A DNA stretch of 64,000 nucleotides from Candidatus Doudnabacteria bacterium (GCA_037200925.1 JBBCGO010000001.1:760235-824234), one strand, 5' to 3'. Shown: positions 52,410-63,725, numbered from the stretch's first letter. Notes: generated by a model from the letters alone, not told the origin. A program made the numbers and translations.

Positions 52410-53459
52410 ATGCCTGTAAAAGAGGCCAAAAAGCCCAAACTTATTGTTGATTTAAGTAAAAGTTCCAAGTTAAAAGGCTTTATTGTCATTTACAATGATA
52501 ATCTAGGCCCGGCACTGGGAGGAACCAGGATCGTTGACTACAAGTCAACCAAGGAAGCTTTGATTGATGCTAAGAGATTAGCAAGAGCTATGACATATAA
52601 ATCAGCTGTGGCCGGCCTGCCATTCGGCGGCGGCAAGGGTGTGATAGTCAAGCAACCGGGGATGAGTAAAAAAGAAACACTCAAAGAATACGCATTACAG
52701 GTTCATAAACTGAAAGGAAAATTTCATACTGGCGAAGATGTGGGTTTGAATGAAGCAGATGTCCAGTATATGCTGAAATTCAGCCCTTACTTCGTAGGGA
52801 AAACTGGCATGGCTGGAGATCCTTCTCAGTTTGCCGCGTTAAGCGCATTCAAAACCCTGAAGATTGCTTTAAAGTTTTTATACAAAAGCGATAAAATTGC
52901 CGGCCGGACATTTGCGGTCAAAGGAGTCGGCAATACCGGATCTTCTTTGACCAAGCTTTTATCAAAGGCCGGGGGCAAGGTTTTTGTTTTTGATCCGGAC
53001 ATAAAGAAAGTAAAAAAACTTGTCCGCTCAACAAAAAATGTTTTTGCAGCGAAAGACGATATAGCTGAATTAAAGGTCGATGTTTTTTGTCCTTGTGCTT
53101 TGGGCAATGATATTACAAAAAAGAACGTGAACAAGATCCAAGCCAAAATTATTTGCGGAACGGCGAATAATCAGCTGGAATCTCCTGAAATTGCCGATAT
53201 TTTGTTTAAGCGCGGAATTTTGAAAGTACCGGATTATATCGCCAATGCCGGAGGGGTCATTGATGTTGCCGATGAACTATTGCCGGGCGGGTATGACAAA
53301 AAACGGGTCTTGCGCAAGATCGACAGTATGAAGAAAATTTTGCTTTTTGTCTTAAATCAGTCAAAAAAGACCAAGAAAAGTCCCATCAGAATATCCGATG
53401 CCATGGCAGAAAGATCTTTTCTCGGGAAGAAAGAGAGCTACAATGTCTATAACAGGTGA
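52410..53459 (+). CDS. Leu/Phe/Val-type amino acid dehydrogenase
   Basis: GPALGGTR, MTYK, GGGKGVI, TGEDVG, GVGNTG, PCALG, GTANNQL, PDYIANAGG. Confidence 0.9.
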   Translation: MPVKEAKKPKLIVDLSKSSKLKGFIVIYNDNLGPALGGTRIVDYKSTKEALIDAKRLARAMTYKSAVAGLPFGGGKGVIVKQPGMSKKETLKEYALQVHKLKGKFHTGEDVGLNEADVQYMLKFSPYFVGKTGMAGDPSQFAALSAFKTLKIALKFLYKSDKIAGRTFAVKGVGNTGSSLTKLLSKAGGKVFVFDPDIKKVKKLVRSTKNVFAAKDDIAELKVDVFCPCALGNDITKKNVNKIQAKIICGTANNQLESPEIADILFKRGILKVPDYIANAGGVIDVADELLPGGYDKKRVLRKIDSMKKILLFVLNQSKKTKKSPIRISDAMAERSFLGKKESYNVYNR

Positions 53460-54930
53460 AAAAATATCAGCTCAGGATATTATAAAGTCATACAAAGTCA
53501 AACCGGAAGAACATTGGCTGTCTGTCCAGAGAAAAAAAACTTTGACGTTGTTCCGGCAAATGTCGAAACAAGTCCCGGCTTATGTGAAATTTTTGAAACA
53601 AAATGATTTTGATCCAAAAAAGGTCAAAAATTATGAAGATCTGAAAACTGTTCCTTTTATCGACAAAAAGAATTATTTTCAAAGATTTCCGATTTCCGAA
53701 TTTGTCTGGCAAAATGAGTTTGAACGGACACCTTTTGTCTTTACGTCAACATCCGGTTCAACCGGCATGCCGACGTATTTTTTAAGAGACGAAATATTGG
53801 ACTGGCAATTTTCCGTACTCGCCCAAATGTTCATGGATAAGGGAAGAAAAGGAACCACTCTCCTGATTGACTGCTTTGGTATGGGTGTGTGGATCGGCGG
53901 GCTGATAACCTACCAAGCTTTTCGGTTATGCGCGCTGAGGGGTTATCCTTTGTCCATCATAACCCCGGGGATAAACAAAAAAGAGATTTTTCACAGTCTG
54001 AAAAACGCCGCGCCTCATTTTGACAATGTTATTCTGGCCGGTTATCCGCCGTTTATTAAAGACGTGATTGATGAGGCGGAATCAGAAGGGATAAAATTTG
54101 GCAGCCATATGCGCTTGTTTTTTGCTGCCGAAGGGTTTACAGAAAATTTTCGCGATCATATTGTGAAGAATCTTCATGTGCGTAATCTTTATTTCGATAC
54201 CATGAATATTTACGGCACTGCGGAACATGGCGGAATGGCGTCCGAAACACCGGGCTCAATACTGATCCGGCGGTTAGCTATAAAAAACCCCGCGGTTTAC
54301 GAAGAAATTTTTCATAATGAAAAGTTGCCGACTCTGGCTCAATACAATCCGATGTTCATTAGTTTTGAGGCAGAACAGAACAAAATTTTGATCAGCGCTC
54401 ACAGTACAATGCCGATCTTCCGTTACAAAATCGGGGACAATGGCGGAATTTTGAGCTTAAGCCAGATCGAATCCGCATTTACCAAAAATAAGATCAATTT
54501 GCGTTCGGAAGCAAAAAGATTGAGGATCGATTTGCTGGATCTGCCTTTTGTATATATCTATGAAAGAAGCGATCTTTCAACGAAGCTTTACGGAGCAATT
54601 ATTTATCCTGAACCGATCAAGGAAGCGCTTTTGGATAAAAGGCTGCGAAGACATGTCAGCGGGAAATTCACTCTGATTACGAAATTCGACCCGAAACAGA
54701 ACGAATACCTGGAGATCAATATTGAGTTGCTGCCGAAATTCAAAAGCAGCGCGGCTCTTCACAAGCTTTGCCAGAAATTAATTGTTGAAAGCCTGCTCAA
54801 GAAGAACGCGGAGTATAAGAATAATTACAGCTCCATTCCGCATAAAGTCACGCCGAAAATAGTTTTTTGGACTTACGGCGATCCTATATATTTTAGCGGC
54901 CAAGGAAAGCAGAAATGGACAAAGAATTAG
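53443..54930 (+). CDS. Phenylacetate-CoA-ligase-like (PaaK) adenylate-forming enzyme
   Basis: VPAY, TSTSGSTGMPT P-loop, GYPPF, IYGTAE, PIFRYKIGD. Confidence 0.82.
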   Translation: MSITGEKISAQDIIKSYKVKPEEHWLSVQRKKTLTLFRQMSKQVPAYVKFLKQNDFDPKKVKNYEDLKTVPFIDKKNYFQRFPISEFVWQNEFERTPFVFTSTSGSTGMPTYFLRDEILDWQFSVLAQMFMDKGRKGTTLLIDCFGMGVWIGGLITYQAFRLCALRGYPLSIITPGINKKEIFHSLKNAAPHFDNVILAGYPPFIKDVIDEAESEGIKFGSHMRLFFAAEGFTENFRDHIVKNLHVRNLYFDTMNIYGTAEHGGMASETPGSILIRRLAIKNPAVYEEIFHNEKLPTLAQYNPMFISFEAEQNKILISAHSTMPIFRYKIGDNGGILSLSQIESAFTKNKINLRSEAKRLRIDLLDLPFVYIYERSDLSTKLYGAIIYPEPIKEALLDKRLRRHVSGKFTLITKFDPKQNEYLEINIELLPKFKSSAALHKLCQKLIVESLLKKNAEYKNNYSSIPHKVTPKIVFWTYGDPIYFSGQGKQKWTKN

Positions 54931-56108
54931 AAAAATTGATCGGAGATAAAAACAATCCGGCTGAATCGAAGCCTAAGATTTTTAGTTTGGCTAAAGAGTC
55001 AGGCAGAGATGAATTGAAACAGCTTTTTGCGCAGAATAGGATACAAACCACGGTTGACGATTTCCGCCAGCAGCATCAGGAACTTTTCGCCATAAATAAT
55101 CCGGCGAAAGTTTACACTCCGGATTTTGAAAAGGAATTCGGCGAATACTACGACCAACTGAGTAAAAAACAGCCGATGGCCGAACAGGGCAACTGGGTTT
55201 ATTTTCCGTGGCTTGCGACGGTTGTGCATCTGCTAGAAGATGTTGATTTTCAGCGGGTCCGCACGGCAAGAAACAGAAACCTGATCAGTGAAGAGGAACA
55301 AAAAAAGTTTTACAATTCCACCATCGGGATCGGCGGATTGAGTGTGGGAAATAGCGTCATTTTGGCCATTGTCCTGCAGGGCGGGGCAAAACATTTACGG
55401 CTGGCGGACTTTGATAATTTGGCTTTGTCCAATCTTAACCGCATCCGCAGCGGGGTGGAAAGTTTAGGGCTTAGAAAAGTCGAGATGACGGCACGGCAAA
55501 TTTATGCCCTCAACCCATATGCTGAAGTCGAATTATTTGCGGAAGGGCTTACAACGGACAACCTCGATAAGTTTTTTGCAGGGCCGCCCAAACTCGATTT
55601 GGTCATCGATGAATTGGATAATATTGCGGTCAAATATTTGATCCGCGAGCAGGCAAAAAAGCACGGCGTACCGCTCGTAATGGGCGCCGATAACGGGGAC
55701 AATGCGGTCGTGGATGTGGAACGCTATGATCTTGATCCGAACACGCCGTTCTTCCACGGTAGACTGGGGGATGTGAATTATGAGCAGCTGACCAAGCTGG
55801 ACAAATTTGGCATCGGGAGAACCATCACCCAGCACATCGGTCCGGAGAATGTTACTGATAAAATGCAGAATTCTCTGATGGAAATGGGTAAAACGATCGT
55901 TTCTTGGCCGCAACTCGGCGGCGCGGCGCTCTTAAACGGTTCTGCCGTTGCATACAGCGTCAGAAGAATTCTGAACGGCCAGCCATTGGAACAAAACCGC
56001 GCGCTGATATCGCTGGATGAAAAATTGGATCCGGAATATAACACACCTCAAGCCCAAGAAAAACGAAACAAACTGACGGAAGACTTCAAAAAGATAATGA
56101 AGTTATAA
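54915..56108 (+). CDS. ThiF/E1-like adenylyltransferase (Rv1355c/MoeY-like N-terminus)
   Basis: WVYFPW, RTARNRNLI, IGGLSVG, LADFDNLALSNLNR, DELD, WPQL. Confidence 0.85.
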   Translation: MDKELEKLIGDKNNPAESKPKIFSLAKESGRDELKQLFAQNRIQTTVDDFRQQHQELFAINNPAKVYTPDFEKEFGEYYDQLSKKQPMAEQGNWVYFPWLATVVHLLEDVDFQRVRTARNRNLISEEEQKKFYNSTIGIGGLSVGNSVILAIVLQGGAKHLRLADFDNLALSNLNRIRSGVESLGLRKVEMTARQIYALNPYAEVELFAEGLTTDNLDKFFAGPPKLDLVIDELDNIAVKYLIREQAKKHGVPLVMGADNGDNAVVDVERYDLDPNTPFFHGRLGDVNYEQLTKLDKFGIGRTITQHIGPENVTDKMQNSLMEMGKTIVSWPQLGGAALLNGSAVAYSVRRILNGQPLEQNRALISLDEKLDPEYNTPQAQEKRNKLTEDFKKIMKL

Positions 56109-57164
56109 ATGGAAGAAACAATATTAAAAATTATTGAAGCAGCAATTCGAGCTCCTTCAGGCGAGAATTGCCAACCTTGGTTGATAAAGCTTTCTGAAAA
56201 TAAACTCAATCTTTATAACGATCCGTCCAAGGATACATCTGTTTACAACTATGGTCAGAAAGGATCAATGGTCGCTCAAGGTGCTTTTATAGAGAATCTG
56301 GCGATTGCATCCAAAGCCTTAGGATTAAGTGCGCAGCTAAATATGTTTCCCGATCCTTCAAACGAAGATTTGATTGCTACGGTTGGTTTTTCACAATCTT
56401 CTGCGGTTGATGATCCACTATATGGCGCTATTTTCAATCGATCGAGCAACAGAAAATCTTATAAAAAGATAAAATTTACGGAGGAACAGCGAGCCAGTAT
56501 TCTTATTTCAGGAATTGAAACAGGTAGCAAGGTTATATTGCTCGAAGATCCGCTTAAAATTAAAGATTTATCAAAACCCATAAGTCTGAACGAACAATTG
56601 ATTTTTGAGAACCAATTTTTGCATGATTTTTTTTATGCTCATATTCACTGGACTCAGGAAGAAGATGAAAAATATAAATTCGGCTTTTATATCAAGACCC
56701 TTGAACTGAATCTGCCACAATCAATCGCCATAAAGTTGTTGCGATCGTGGAAATGGACGAACCTATTAGATAAAATTGGCATCTCAAAACAGATCGCAAA
56801 AGACAACGCAAAAAATTATGAAACCGCTTCAGCACTAGGAATCATTGTCATTCCAACTAATTCCCGAAATGATTATGTTGTCGCTGGTCGCGCGATGGAA
56901 AGAGTGTGGCTTAAGGTAACATCTATGGGCCTGAGTTTGCAGCCGATGACAGGCATATTATTTTTTATGCAGAAGATATTATCCGGAAAACATGAGGAAT
57001 TCAGTACTGAGCAGGTTCAGTTGATTAAAGAGGGCTATCAAAAAATTTCTTCTGGGTTCGACGTTACAAACCAAACAATCGCCATGCTGTTTCGGATCGG
57101 CGATGGAGGCGAACCCTCCGCAAAATCTTTGCGCTATACCATTCCGGAAATAATGCAAAAATAA
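56109..57164 (+). CDS. Nitroreductase-fold (Acg-like) FMN-dependent oxidoreductase
   Basis: AAIRAPSGENCQPW, GAFIENL, IFNRSSNR, AGRAMERVWL...GLSLQP, LFRIG. Confidence 0.85.
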   Translation: MEETILKIIEAAIRAPSGENCQPWLIKLSENKLNLYNDPSKDTSVYNYGQKGSMVAQGAFIENLAIASKALGLSAQLNMFPDPSNEDLIATVGFSQSSAVDDPLYGAIFNRSSNRKSYKKIKFTEEQRASILISGIETGSKVILLEDPLKIKDLSKPISLNEQLIFENQFLHDFFYAHIHWTQEEDEKYKFGFYIKTLELNLPQSIAIKLLRSWKWTNLLDKIGISKQIAKDNAKNYETASALGIIVIPTNSRNDYVVAGRAMERVWLKVTSMGLSLQPMTGILFFMQKILSGKHEEFSTEQVQLIKEGYQKISSGFDVTNQTIAMLFRIGDGGEPSAKSLRYTIPEIMQK

Positions 57165-57188
57165 TTTCATAAGAATAAATATCTAAAA

Positions 57189-58865
57189 ATGAATTTTTTG
57201 GCAAATTTAAGCATAATTCCCGTAGGAATCGCAGTATCTGCTATTGGAATTTTGGGTTTTGTCATTTTTTTCAATAACCGCAATAGCATTACCAATCGAA
57301 CTTTTCTTTGGTTTTCGTTGATTGCTATCTTATGGAACACGACAAGTTATTTATCTTACCAATTTACTTCAACGGTTCTGATTTTGTGGCTGCTGAGAAT
57401 TCAACTATTTTTTGCGGTTTGGTATTGTTTCTTTTTATTTAGATTTTTCTATGTTTTTCCCAATGAAAAAATAATTTTTTCAAAAATACATAAATTTATA
57501 ATTATTCCATTTGTAGCTTTGACTTCCTTAGTGACACTAAGTCCATTAGCAATAACGGAAGTGAACAGAGCTTCCAATCAAGGTAAATCCGGTGATGTGA
57601 TCGGATTAGGAATGATCTTATTTGGCGTTACAGTCGTTTCTTTGATCGCAAGCGGCATTGTGGTTTTTTTCGAAAAAAGGAAAAGGAAGAAAGGAAAAGA
57701 AAGAACCCCGTATAATTATATTTTGATCGGAACGATCATAACTTTTTCTTTATACATTGTGTTCAATTTCGTTTTCCCGGTTTTTTTACAAAACGTTCGG
57801 TATATTTCATATGGAGCGATTTTCAGTTTTCCTTTTATTGCCTTCACAAGTTATGCGATTATTCGGCATAGGTTCCTGGATGTAAAAGTCATTTCCACGG
57901 AAATTTTGGTTTTTGTTCTGTCTGCAGTGACTCTGATTGAAATTCTCACTTCCCAGAGTATTCCCGTGGTATTAGTAAGAATCTTGGAGTTTTTCCTGGT
58001 TTTGGTAATCGGAATCCTGCTTATCAGAAGTGTTGTGCGGGAAGTAAAACAGCGCGAACAGTTGGAAATTTTAGACAAACAACTCGAGGCTGCAAATCAA
58101 CAGCTTAAAATCCTGGACCAAGCCAGAGCCGAGTTTATCACCATCGCCAGCCATCAGCTGCGCACGCCGCCTGCGACCATCAAATGGTATCTGGCCGCGA
58201 TCCTCGACGGCGATTACGGCAAATTTGACGAATCGGTGAAACAAGAGCTGCGCAAAACGGCCTCCACTAATAATTCCATGATCGCCTTGATCGATGACCT
58301 TCTGAACGCTTCGCGCATTGAACGGGGTAAAATGGAATTTGTTTTCGTACCCACGAATCTGACTGAAATTACGCAGATCACGGTGGACCAGCTTTTGCCT
58401 CAGGCGGAAATGAGAAAGTTGAAATTAGTTTTTGAAAAGCCGAAAGTTGACTTGCCGATCATCTCGGCGGACAAGGAAAAACTGCGCCAGGTCATCAATA
58501 ACCTCATCGATAATGCCATCAAATATACAACAGAGGGGACGATCGAAGTAACTTTGTCTCAAACCAAAACGGATGTCATCCTGAAGGTCACGGATTCGGG
58601 CCGGGGAGTGGCGCCCGGACAGCTGGGCGAGATATTCAAGAAATACGAGCGGGGCGCGAGTCCGGCCAGAAATTCTTCCGGCTTGGGGCTGGGGCTATAC
58701 GTAGCCAAAGTCATTATTGATCAGCATAAGGGCAAAATTTGGGTTGAGTCAAAAGGAGAAGGAAAAGGATCAAGCTTTATTTTTTCCCTCCCGATCAAAG
58801 CGCAGCTGACGGACAGCGAATTTGATCTGGCCAAGGGACAGGCAACCCCGCCCGGTAAAACATGA
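57189..58865 (+). CDS. Membrane sensor histidine kinase with a polytopic N-terminal sensor
   Basis: About 8 TM helices; H-box IASHQLRTP; N-box NLIDNAIKY; DSGRG; GLGLGL. Confidence 0.93.
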   Translation: MNFLANLSIIPVGIAVSAIGILGFVIFFNNRNSITNRTFLWFSLIAILWNTTSYLSYQFTSTVLILWLLRIQLFFAVWYCFFLFRFFYVFPNEKIIFSKIHKFIIIPFVALTSLVTLSPLAITEVNRASNQGKSGDVIGLGMILFGVTVVSLIASGIVVFFEKRKRKKGKERTPYNYILIGTIITFSLYIVFNFVFPVFLQNVRYISYGAIFSFPFIAFTSYAIIRHRFLDVKVISTEILVFVLSAVTLIEILTSQSIPVVLVRILEFFLVLVIGILLIRSVVREVKQREQLEILDKQLEAANQQLKILDQARAEFITIASHQLRTPPATIKWYLAAILDGDYGKFDESVKQELRKTASTNNSMIALIDDLLNASRIERGKMEFVFVPTNLTEITQITVDQLLPQAEMRKLKLVFEKPKVDLPIISADKEKLRQVINNLIDNAIKYTTEGTIEVTLSQTKTDVILKVTDSGRGVAPGQLGEIFKKYERGASPARNSSGLGLGLYVAKVIIDQHKGKIWVESKGEGKGSSFIFSLPIKAQLTDSEFDLAKGQATPPGKT

Positions 58866-59731
58866 AAACTAAAACCAAAATCGCTGCTATCATTCTGCCG
58901 GCAGTTTTGCTGTTTTTTTTGCTGTTTCTGCTTGCAGGGCACAGTAATTGGTCACTGCTGAATCCGAAAGGACCAATTGCCCAACAGGAGCGCAATCTGA
59001 TGGTTGTTGGCATATCGCTCATGCTTATCGTAGTCGTGCCGGTGTTCATTTTGTTGTTTACTTTTGCCTTCAAATATCGGGAAGGGAACAAAGCCAAATA
59101 CGCCCCCAACCAGCGCCACAGCACGAAATTTCAATTATTGTTGTGGGCGATCCCAACGGTGATCATTCTGATTTTGGCAGTGATCAACTGGAAAAGCACG
59201 CACCAGTTAGACCCTTTCAAACCTCTTATCTCGAACGTAAAACCGATTACGATCCAGGTCGTATCTTTGCCGTGGAAATGGCTGTTTATTTATCCGGAGC
59301 AAAATATCGCAACGGTTAACTTTGTGGAGTTCCCACAGACCACGCCCGTTAATTTTCAATTGACTTCCGATGCCGCGATGAATTCATTCTGGATCCCACA
59401 GCTTGGCGGGCAGATGTACGCGATGGCCGGAATGAGCACGCAACTGCACCTTATGGCTTCCGCGCCCGGCTCTTTTGCCGGTTCGGCTGCGGAGATAAGC
59501 GGGCAAGGTTTCTCAGGGATGAAATTTACGGCCAAGGCAGTTACAAACTCTGACTTTGACAGTTGGGTTAAGTCAGTTCAGGCTAGGCGCACCCCATTGG
59601 GCCTTGCGGAATACAATAAATTAGCCGCACCGAGTTCAAACAACCCGCCGGCTTTTTATTCCTCCACGGACAAAAATTTATATAATAATATAATCATGAA
59701 ATACATGATGCCCACGCAGGGGATCCAATGA
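58862..59731 (+). CDS. cyoA: Cytochrome bo3 ubiquinol oxidase subunit II
   Basis: [38 protein letters not shown]; no CuA Cys. Confidence 0.93.
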   Translation: MKTKTKIAAIILPAVLLFFLLFLLAGHSNWSLLNPKGPIAQQERNLMVVGISLMLIVVVPVFILLFTFAFKYREGNKAKYAPNQRHSTKFQLLLWAIPTVIILILAVINWKSTHQLDPFKPLISNVKPITIQVVSLPWKWLFIYPEQNIATVNFVEFPQTTPVNFQLTSDAAMNSFWIPQLGGQMYAMAGMSTQLHLMASAPGSFAGSAAEISGQGFSGMKFTAKAVTNSDFDSWVKSVQARRTPLGLAEYNKLAAPSSNNPPAFYSSTDKNLYNNIIMKYMMPTQGIQ

Positions 59732-61701
59732 GCATATTATTCGGAAAACTGACCCTTGCCGCTTTGCCGCACGAATGGTTCACCATCGCCGGAACTATTT
59801 TTATCACCATTATGGGCATAGCCGTTGTGGCTTTTTTAACGCACAAAAAGCTTTGGAAATGGCTTTGGAAGGAGTGGCTGACATCAACTGACCCGAAAAA
59901 GATCGGGATCATGTATATTATTGTCGCTTCGCTTATGCTGTTTCGCGGCGCCATTGATGCCGGAATGATATGGCTGCAGCAGTCGCTTTCTGTCGGGGTT
60001 TCTAACGGGTATATTTCTCCCAATCACTTTCAGCAGATCTTTACGGCACACGGCGATATTATGATCTTTTTCGTTACGATGGGATTTCTGGCGGGGCTTT
60101 GGAATCTGATCCTGCCGTTGCAGATCGGCAGCAGGGACGTGGCTTTTCCGTTTTTAAATACTTTAAGCTTATGGCTGTATATTGCGGGAGCGATCTTTGT
60201 TAACCTGTTTTTTGTCCTGGGAGGGGAGTTCGCCGCAACCGGCTGGCTCGCGCTGCCGCCATTATCCGAACTCCAGTTCAGCCCCGGGGTCGGGGTTGAC
60301 TATTGGATATGGAGCCTGCAGATATCGGGCTTGGGGACATTGCTTGGAGGCATTAATTTTCTCGTGACCATCCTCAAGATGCGAGCGCCCGGAATGACCT
60401 TGATGAAAATGCCGATGTTCGTGTGGACTTCCCTCTGCAGCATGGTGCTTGTTGTTTCTATTTTCCCGATCCTGGCCGCAACGATCGCGCTTCTGACGCT
60501 GGACCGATTCATGGGTATGCATTTTTTTACTACTTCGTTTGGCGGCAACCCGATGATGTACATTAGCCTTATCTGGTCATGGGGGCACCCGGAAGTATAT
60601 GTTCTTATCCTCCCTGCTTACGGCATCTATTCAGAAATAGTCGCAACGTTCAGCCAAAAACGCCTATCCGGATACGGTTCGGTAGTTGCCGGCTCGATCG
60701 GCATCACGCTTTTGGCCCTGCTGGTGTGGCTGCATCATTTCTTTACCATGGGCGCCGGCGCGGATGTCAACGCGTTCTTCGGCATCATGACCATGTTCAT
60801 CACGGTGCCCACGGCTGCGCTGGTTTTCAACTGGCTTGCCACTATGTACAAAGGCCGCATCCGATTTTTCACGCCTATGGATTGGTTTGTGGGATTCGTT
60901 TTCACATTCACTTTGGGCGGCATGGCCGGAGTGCTGATGGGGATCCCGGGAGTGGATTTTCAGGTGCATAACACTTTGTATCTAGTGGCGCATTTCCACA
61001 CTATGATCATTGGTGGTGCATTGTTCGGGATCTTTGCTGGCATTACTTATTGGTTTCCCAAGGCCACAGGGTTTACCCTGAATGAACGGCTCGGCAGATA
61101 TGCGTTTTGGTGCTGGATCATAGGATTTTTTGCGTCGTTTGTCCCGCTGTATATTTTAGGATTCATGGGCGCCACCAGAAGGCTCGACCACTATGAGGCA
61201 TCTACCGGCTGGCAGCCGTTGTTCATTGTTGCGGGAGTTGGCCTGATCATCATTGCGTGCGGCGCGCTCTTCCAAGTATTGCAAATAATCGTCAGCATCA
61301 AGCAGAGAAAACAGAACATTGATAAGACCGGAGATCCGTGGAACGGCAGAACGCTTGAGTGGGCGATTCCATCGCCGCCGCCTGTATATAATTTTGCGAT
61401 CATACCCAAAGTTACAGAGCGCGATCAGTTCTGGGCGGATAAAGCATCCAAGCAAACGGCCAAACAGGTTTACGAAGATATTCATATGCCCAAAAATACC
61501 GCGCTGGGAATATATACTTCCGGATTCATCTTCTTGTTCGGGTTTGCCATGGTCTGGCATATTGTTTGGCTGGCAATAGTTGGCCTTCTCGGTGCGATAA
61601 GCTGCGTCATCATCAGATCGTTCGATGAAGACACCGAATATGTCATCCCGGCTGACGAAGTTGCGAAAATGGAAGCCGAAAGGAAAAGCTTTTATGGATG
61701 A
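59728..61701 (+). CDS. cyoB: Cytochrome bo3 ubiquinol oxidase subunit I
   Basis: [25 protein letters not shown] heme/Cu ligands; FRGAID and HFQQ quinol-site residues. Confidence 0.96.
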   Translation: MSILFGKLTLAALPHEWFTIAGTIFITIMGIAVVAFLTHKKLWKWLWKEWLTSTDPKKIGIMYIIVASLMLFRGAIDAGMIWLQQSLSVGVSNGYISPNHFQQIFTAHGDIMIFFVTMGFLAGLWNLILPLQIGSRDVAFPFLNTLSLWLYIAGAIFVNLFFVLGGEFAATGWLALPPLSELQFSPGVGVDYWIWSLQISGLGTLLGGINFLVTILKMRAPGMTLMKMPMFVWTSLCSMVLVVSIFPILAATIALLTLDRFMGMHFFTTSFGGNPMMYISLIWSWGHPEVYVLILPAYGIYSEIVATFSQKRLSGYGSVVAGSIGITLLALLVWLHHFFTMGAGADVNAFFGIMTMFITVPTAALVFNWLATMYKGRIRFFTPMDWFVGFVFTFTLGGMAGVLMGIPGVDFQVHNTLYLVAHFHTMIIGGALFGIFAGITYWFPKATGFTLNERLGRYAFWCWIIGFFASFVPLYILGFMGATRRLDHYEASTGWQPLFIVAGVGLIIIACGALFQVLQIIVSIKQRKQNIDKTGDPWNGRTLEWAIPSPPPVYNFAIIPKVTERDQFWADKASKQTAKQVYEDIHMPKNTALGIYTSGFIFLFGFAMVWHIVWLAIVGLLGAISCVIIRSFDEDTEYVIPADEVAKMEAERKSFYG

Positions 61702-62266
61702 ACACGAAAAAAACGATAAACTTAAATTAGGATTCTGGGTCTATCTGATGACTGACCTGATAATGTTTGCGGTCCTGTTTGCGGCTTTCGCAGTGCTCCG
61801 GGGCAATACTTTTGGTGGGGCTTCGGCAAAAGAGCTTCTCAGCTTGCCGGGAGCTTTAGCAAATACCCTGATCCTGCTAACCAGCAGTTTTACCTGCGGA
61901 CTGGCGATCCTCGCAGTTGCTAAAAAAGACAAGATCGGCACACAGATCAGTTTAGGAGTGACGTTTGTACTCGGGCTCACATTCCTTATCCTGGAATTAA
62001 ATGAATTTTCAAAGCTGGTGGCCGATGGCAATAGCTGGCAGAGAAGCGCATTTCTATCTTCCTTTTTTACTCTAGTCGGCACGCACGGATTGCACATTAC
62101 CGTGGGGCTGTTATGCATCATTATTTCCATGATAATGATCTGGCGCCGCGGCCTTACTCCTTCCATTTCCGGCAAACTCGTGCGCCTAAGCCTGTTCTGG
62201 CATTTTTTGGATGTTGTCTGGATTTTTATTTTTACGATAGTTTATCTGATGGGGACTATAAAATGA
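61694..62266 (+). CDS. cyoC: Cytochrome bo3 oxidase subunit III
   Basis: [35 protein letters not shown]. Confidence 0.94.
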   Translation: MDEHEKNDKLKLGFWVYLMTDLIMFAVLFAAFAVLRGNTFGGASAKELLSLPGALANTLILLTSSFTCGLAILAVAKKDKIGTQISLGVTFVLGLTFLILELNEFSKLVADGNSWQRSAFLSSFFTLVGTHGLHITVGLLCIIISMIMIWRRGLTPSISGKLVRLSLFWHFLDVVWIFIFTIVYLMGTIK

Positions 62267-62604
62267 ACAACGCGACATTCAAGTCATATTTTCTGGGGTT
62301 CGTATTGTCAGCCGCCTTGACCCTGACGGCTTTTATCGCGGTCATCAGGCATTTACTTCCCGCATCGAATTTGATTTTTGTGATCATGGGACTTGCCCTG
62401 ATCCAGCTTTGGGTCCAATTGGTATTTTTCCTGCATCTGGACTACGAGAAGGGGCCGCGGTGGAATTTGGCGATCTTTATCTCCACGATCGGAATTATCC
62501 TTATCGTTGTCGTAGGAACGCTTTGGATAATGAAGAATCTTAATTACAATATGACGCCTGCGCAAGTCGACAAATATATCCAGGACCAGGCAGGCGGATT
62601 CTAG
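62263..62604 (+). CDS. cyoD: Cytochrome bo3 oxidase subunit IV
   Basis: YFLGFVLSAALT, QLVFFLHL, GTLWIM. Confidence 0.92.
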   Translation: MNNATFKSYFLGFVLSAALTLTAFIAVIRHLLPASNLIFVIMGLALIQLWVQLVFFLHLDYEKGPRWNLAIFISTIGIILIVVVGTLWIMKNLNYNMTPAQVDKYIQDQAGGF

Positions 62605-62606
62605 AA

Positions 62607-63461
62607 ATGTTCAAAATTTATTATCAGCTCACCAAACCGGGAATTATCTATGGCAACGCGATCACGACTATCGCCGGATTTTTTTTGGCGTCAAGAGGAC
62701 ACATGAATTGGCGGCTGCTTTTGGCAACTTTGGTTGGATTATCTTTGGTCATTGCCTCGGCTTGCGTGTTCAACAATTTATACGATCGCGACATTGACAG
62801 AAAAATGGAACGCACCCGCAGCCGCGCGTTGGTCACAGGGTCGATATCAAAAACAAATGCCATAATATTTGGCATTGTTCTGATTTTTTTGGGAGCATTT
62901 GTTCTTCGCTTTCATACGAACACGCGGGCTTTGCTCGCGGCGCTGTTTGGATTTTTCGTCTATGTATTTGCATATACGCCGCTCAAGCACCGGTCAGTCC
63001 ATGCCACTCTTGTGGGCGCTATTGCCGGTGCGGTGCCGCCTGTGGTGGGATACACGGCGGTAACAAACCGATTTGATCTTGCGGCCTTGCTTTTGTTCTT
63101 GATCTTAGTTGCCTGGCAGATGCCGCATTTTTATGCGATAGCTATCCGCCGGCTTGATGAATACCGATCAGCCGGGATCCCGGTCCTGCCGGTGCAAAAG
63201 GGGATTGCGGTTACCAAGATAAACATCTTGCTTTATATCGTGGCCTTTATTATTGCGACCACATTACTAACCTTGTTCGGATTTGCAGGATATATTTATC
63301 TTGTTGTTATGCTTTTATTTGGGCTGATATGGCTGACAGTTTGTATTCAAGGTTTTAGGGCCAACAACAATGATTCTGTCTGGGCCCGTAATATGTTTAA
63401 ATTTTCGCTAGTAGTACTTTTAGTATTTAGTGTTGCCATATCAATTAATGCTATAATATAA
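62607..63461 (+). CDS. cyoE: Heme o synthase (protoheme IX farnesyltransferase)
   Basis: LTKPGII, NNLYDRDIDRKMERTRSR, YTPLK, GAVPP, WQMPHF. Confidence 0.95.
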   Translation: MFKIYYQLTKPGIIYGNAITTIAGFFLASRGHMNWRLLLATLVGLSLVIASACVFNNLYDRDIDRKMERTRSRALVTGSISKTNAIIFGIVLIFLGAFVLRFHTNTRALLAALFGFFVYVFAYTPLKHRSVHATLVGAIAGAVPPVVGYTAVTNRFDLAALLLFLILVAWQMPHFYAIAIRRLDEYRSAGIPVLPVQKGIAVTKINILLYIVAFIIATTLLTLFGFAGYIYLVVMLLFGLIWLTVCIQGFRANNNDSVWARNMFKFSLVVLLVFSVAISINAII

Positions 63462-63463
63462 CT

Positions 63464-63712
63464 GTGAAAAAAAGATATCTTAAACCTGGCAACATGCTTA
63501 TAATCGGTTTATTATTATATTATCCAGCAAATTTTTTTCGTACCAGTAATTCTATAGGTTGGTTTATATTATTTTTTGTTGGTAAGTTATTATTTGTTCT
63601 GGGATTATTGTTCGCTGCGATTATCGTTTTGGGTTATATATTTGATAAAAAGCTGAAGAATAATAGATTTATGTTTGATTTTTTCGGCATCGGACCAGAA
63701 CTAAAAAAATAA
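63464..63712 (+). CDS. Small hypothetical membrane protein
   Basis: Two hydrophobic segments; GTG start directly after cyoE. Confidence 0.4.
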   Translation: MKKRYLKPGNMLIIGLLLYYPANFFRTSNSIGWFILFFVGKLLFVLGLLFAAIIVLGYIFDKKLKNNRFMFDFFGIGPELKK

Positions 63713-63725
63713 TAATAATATCTAT

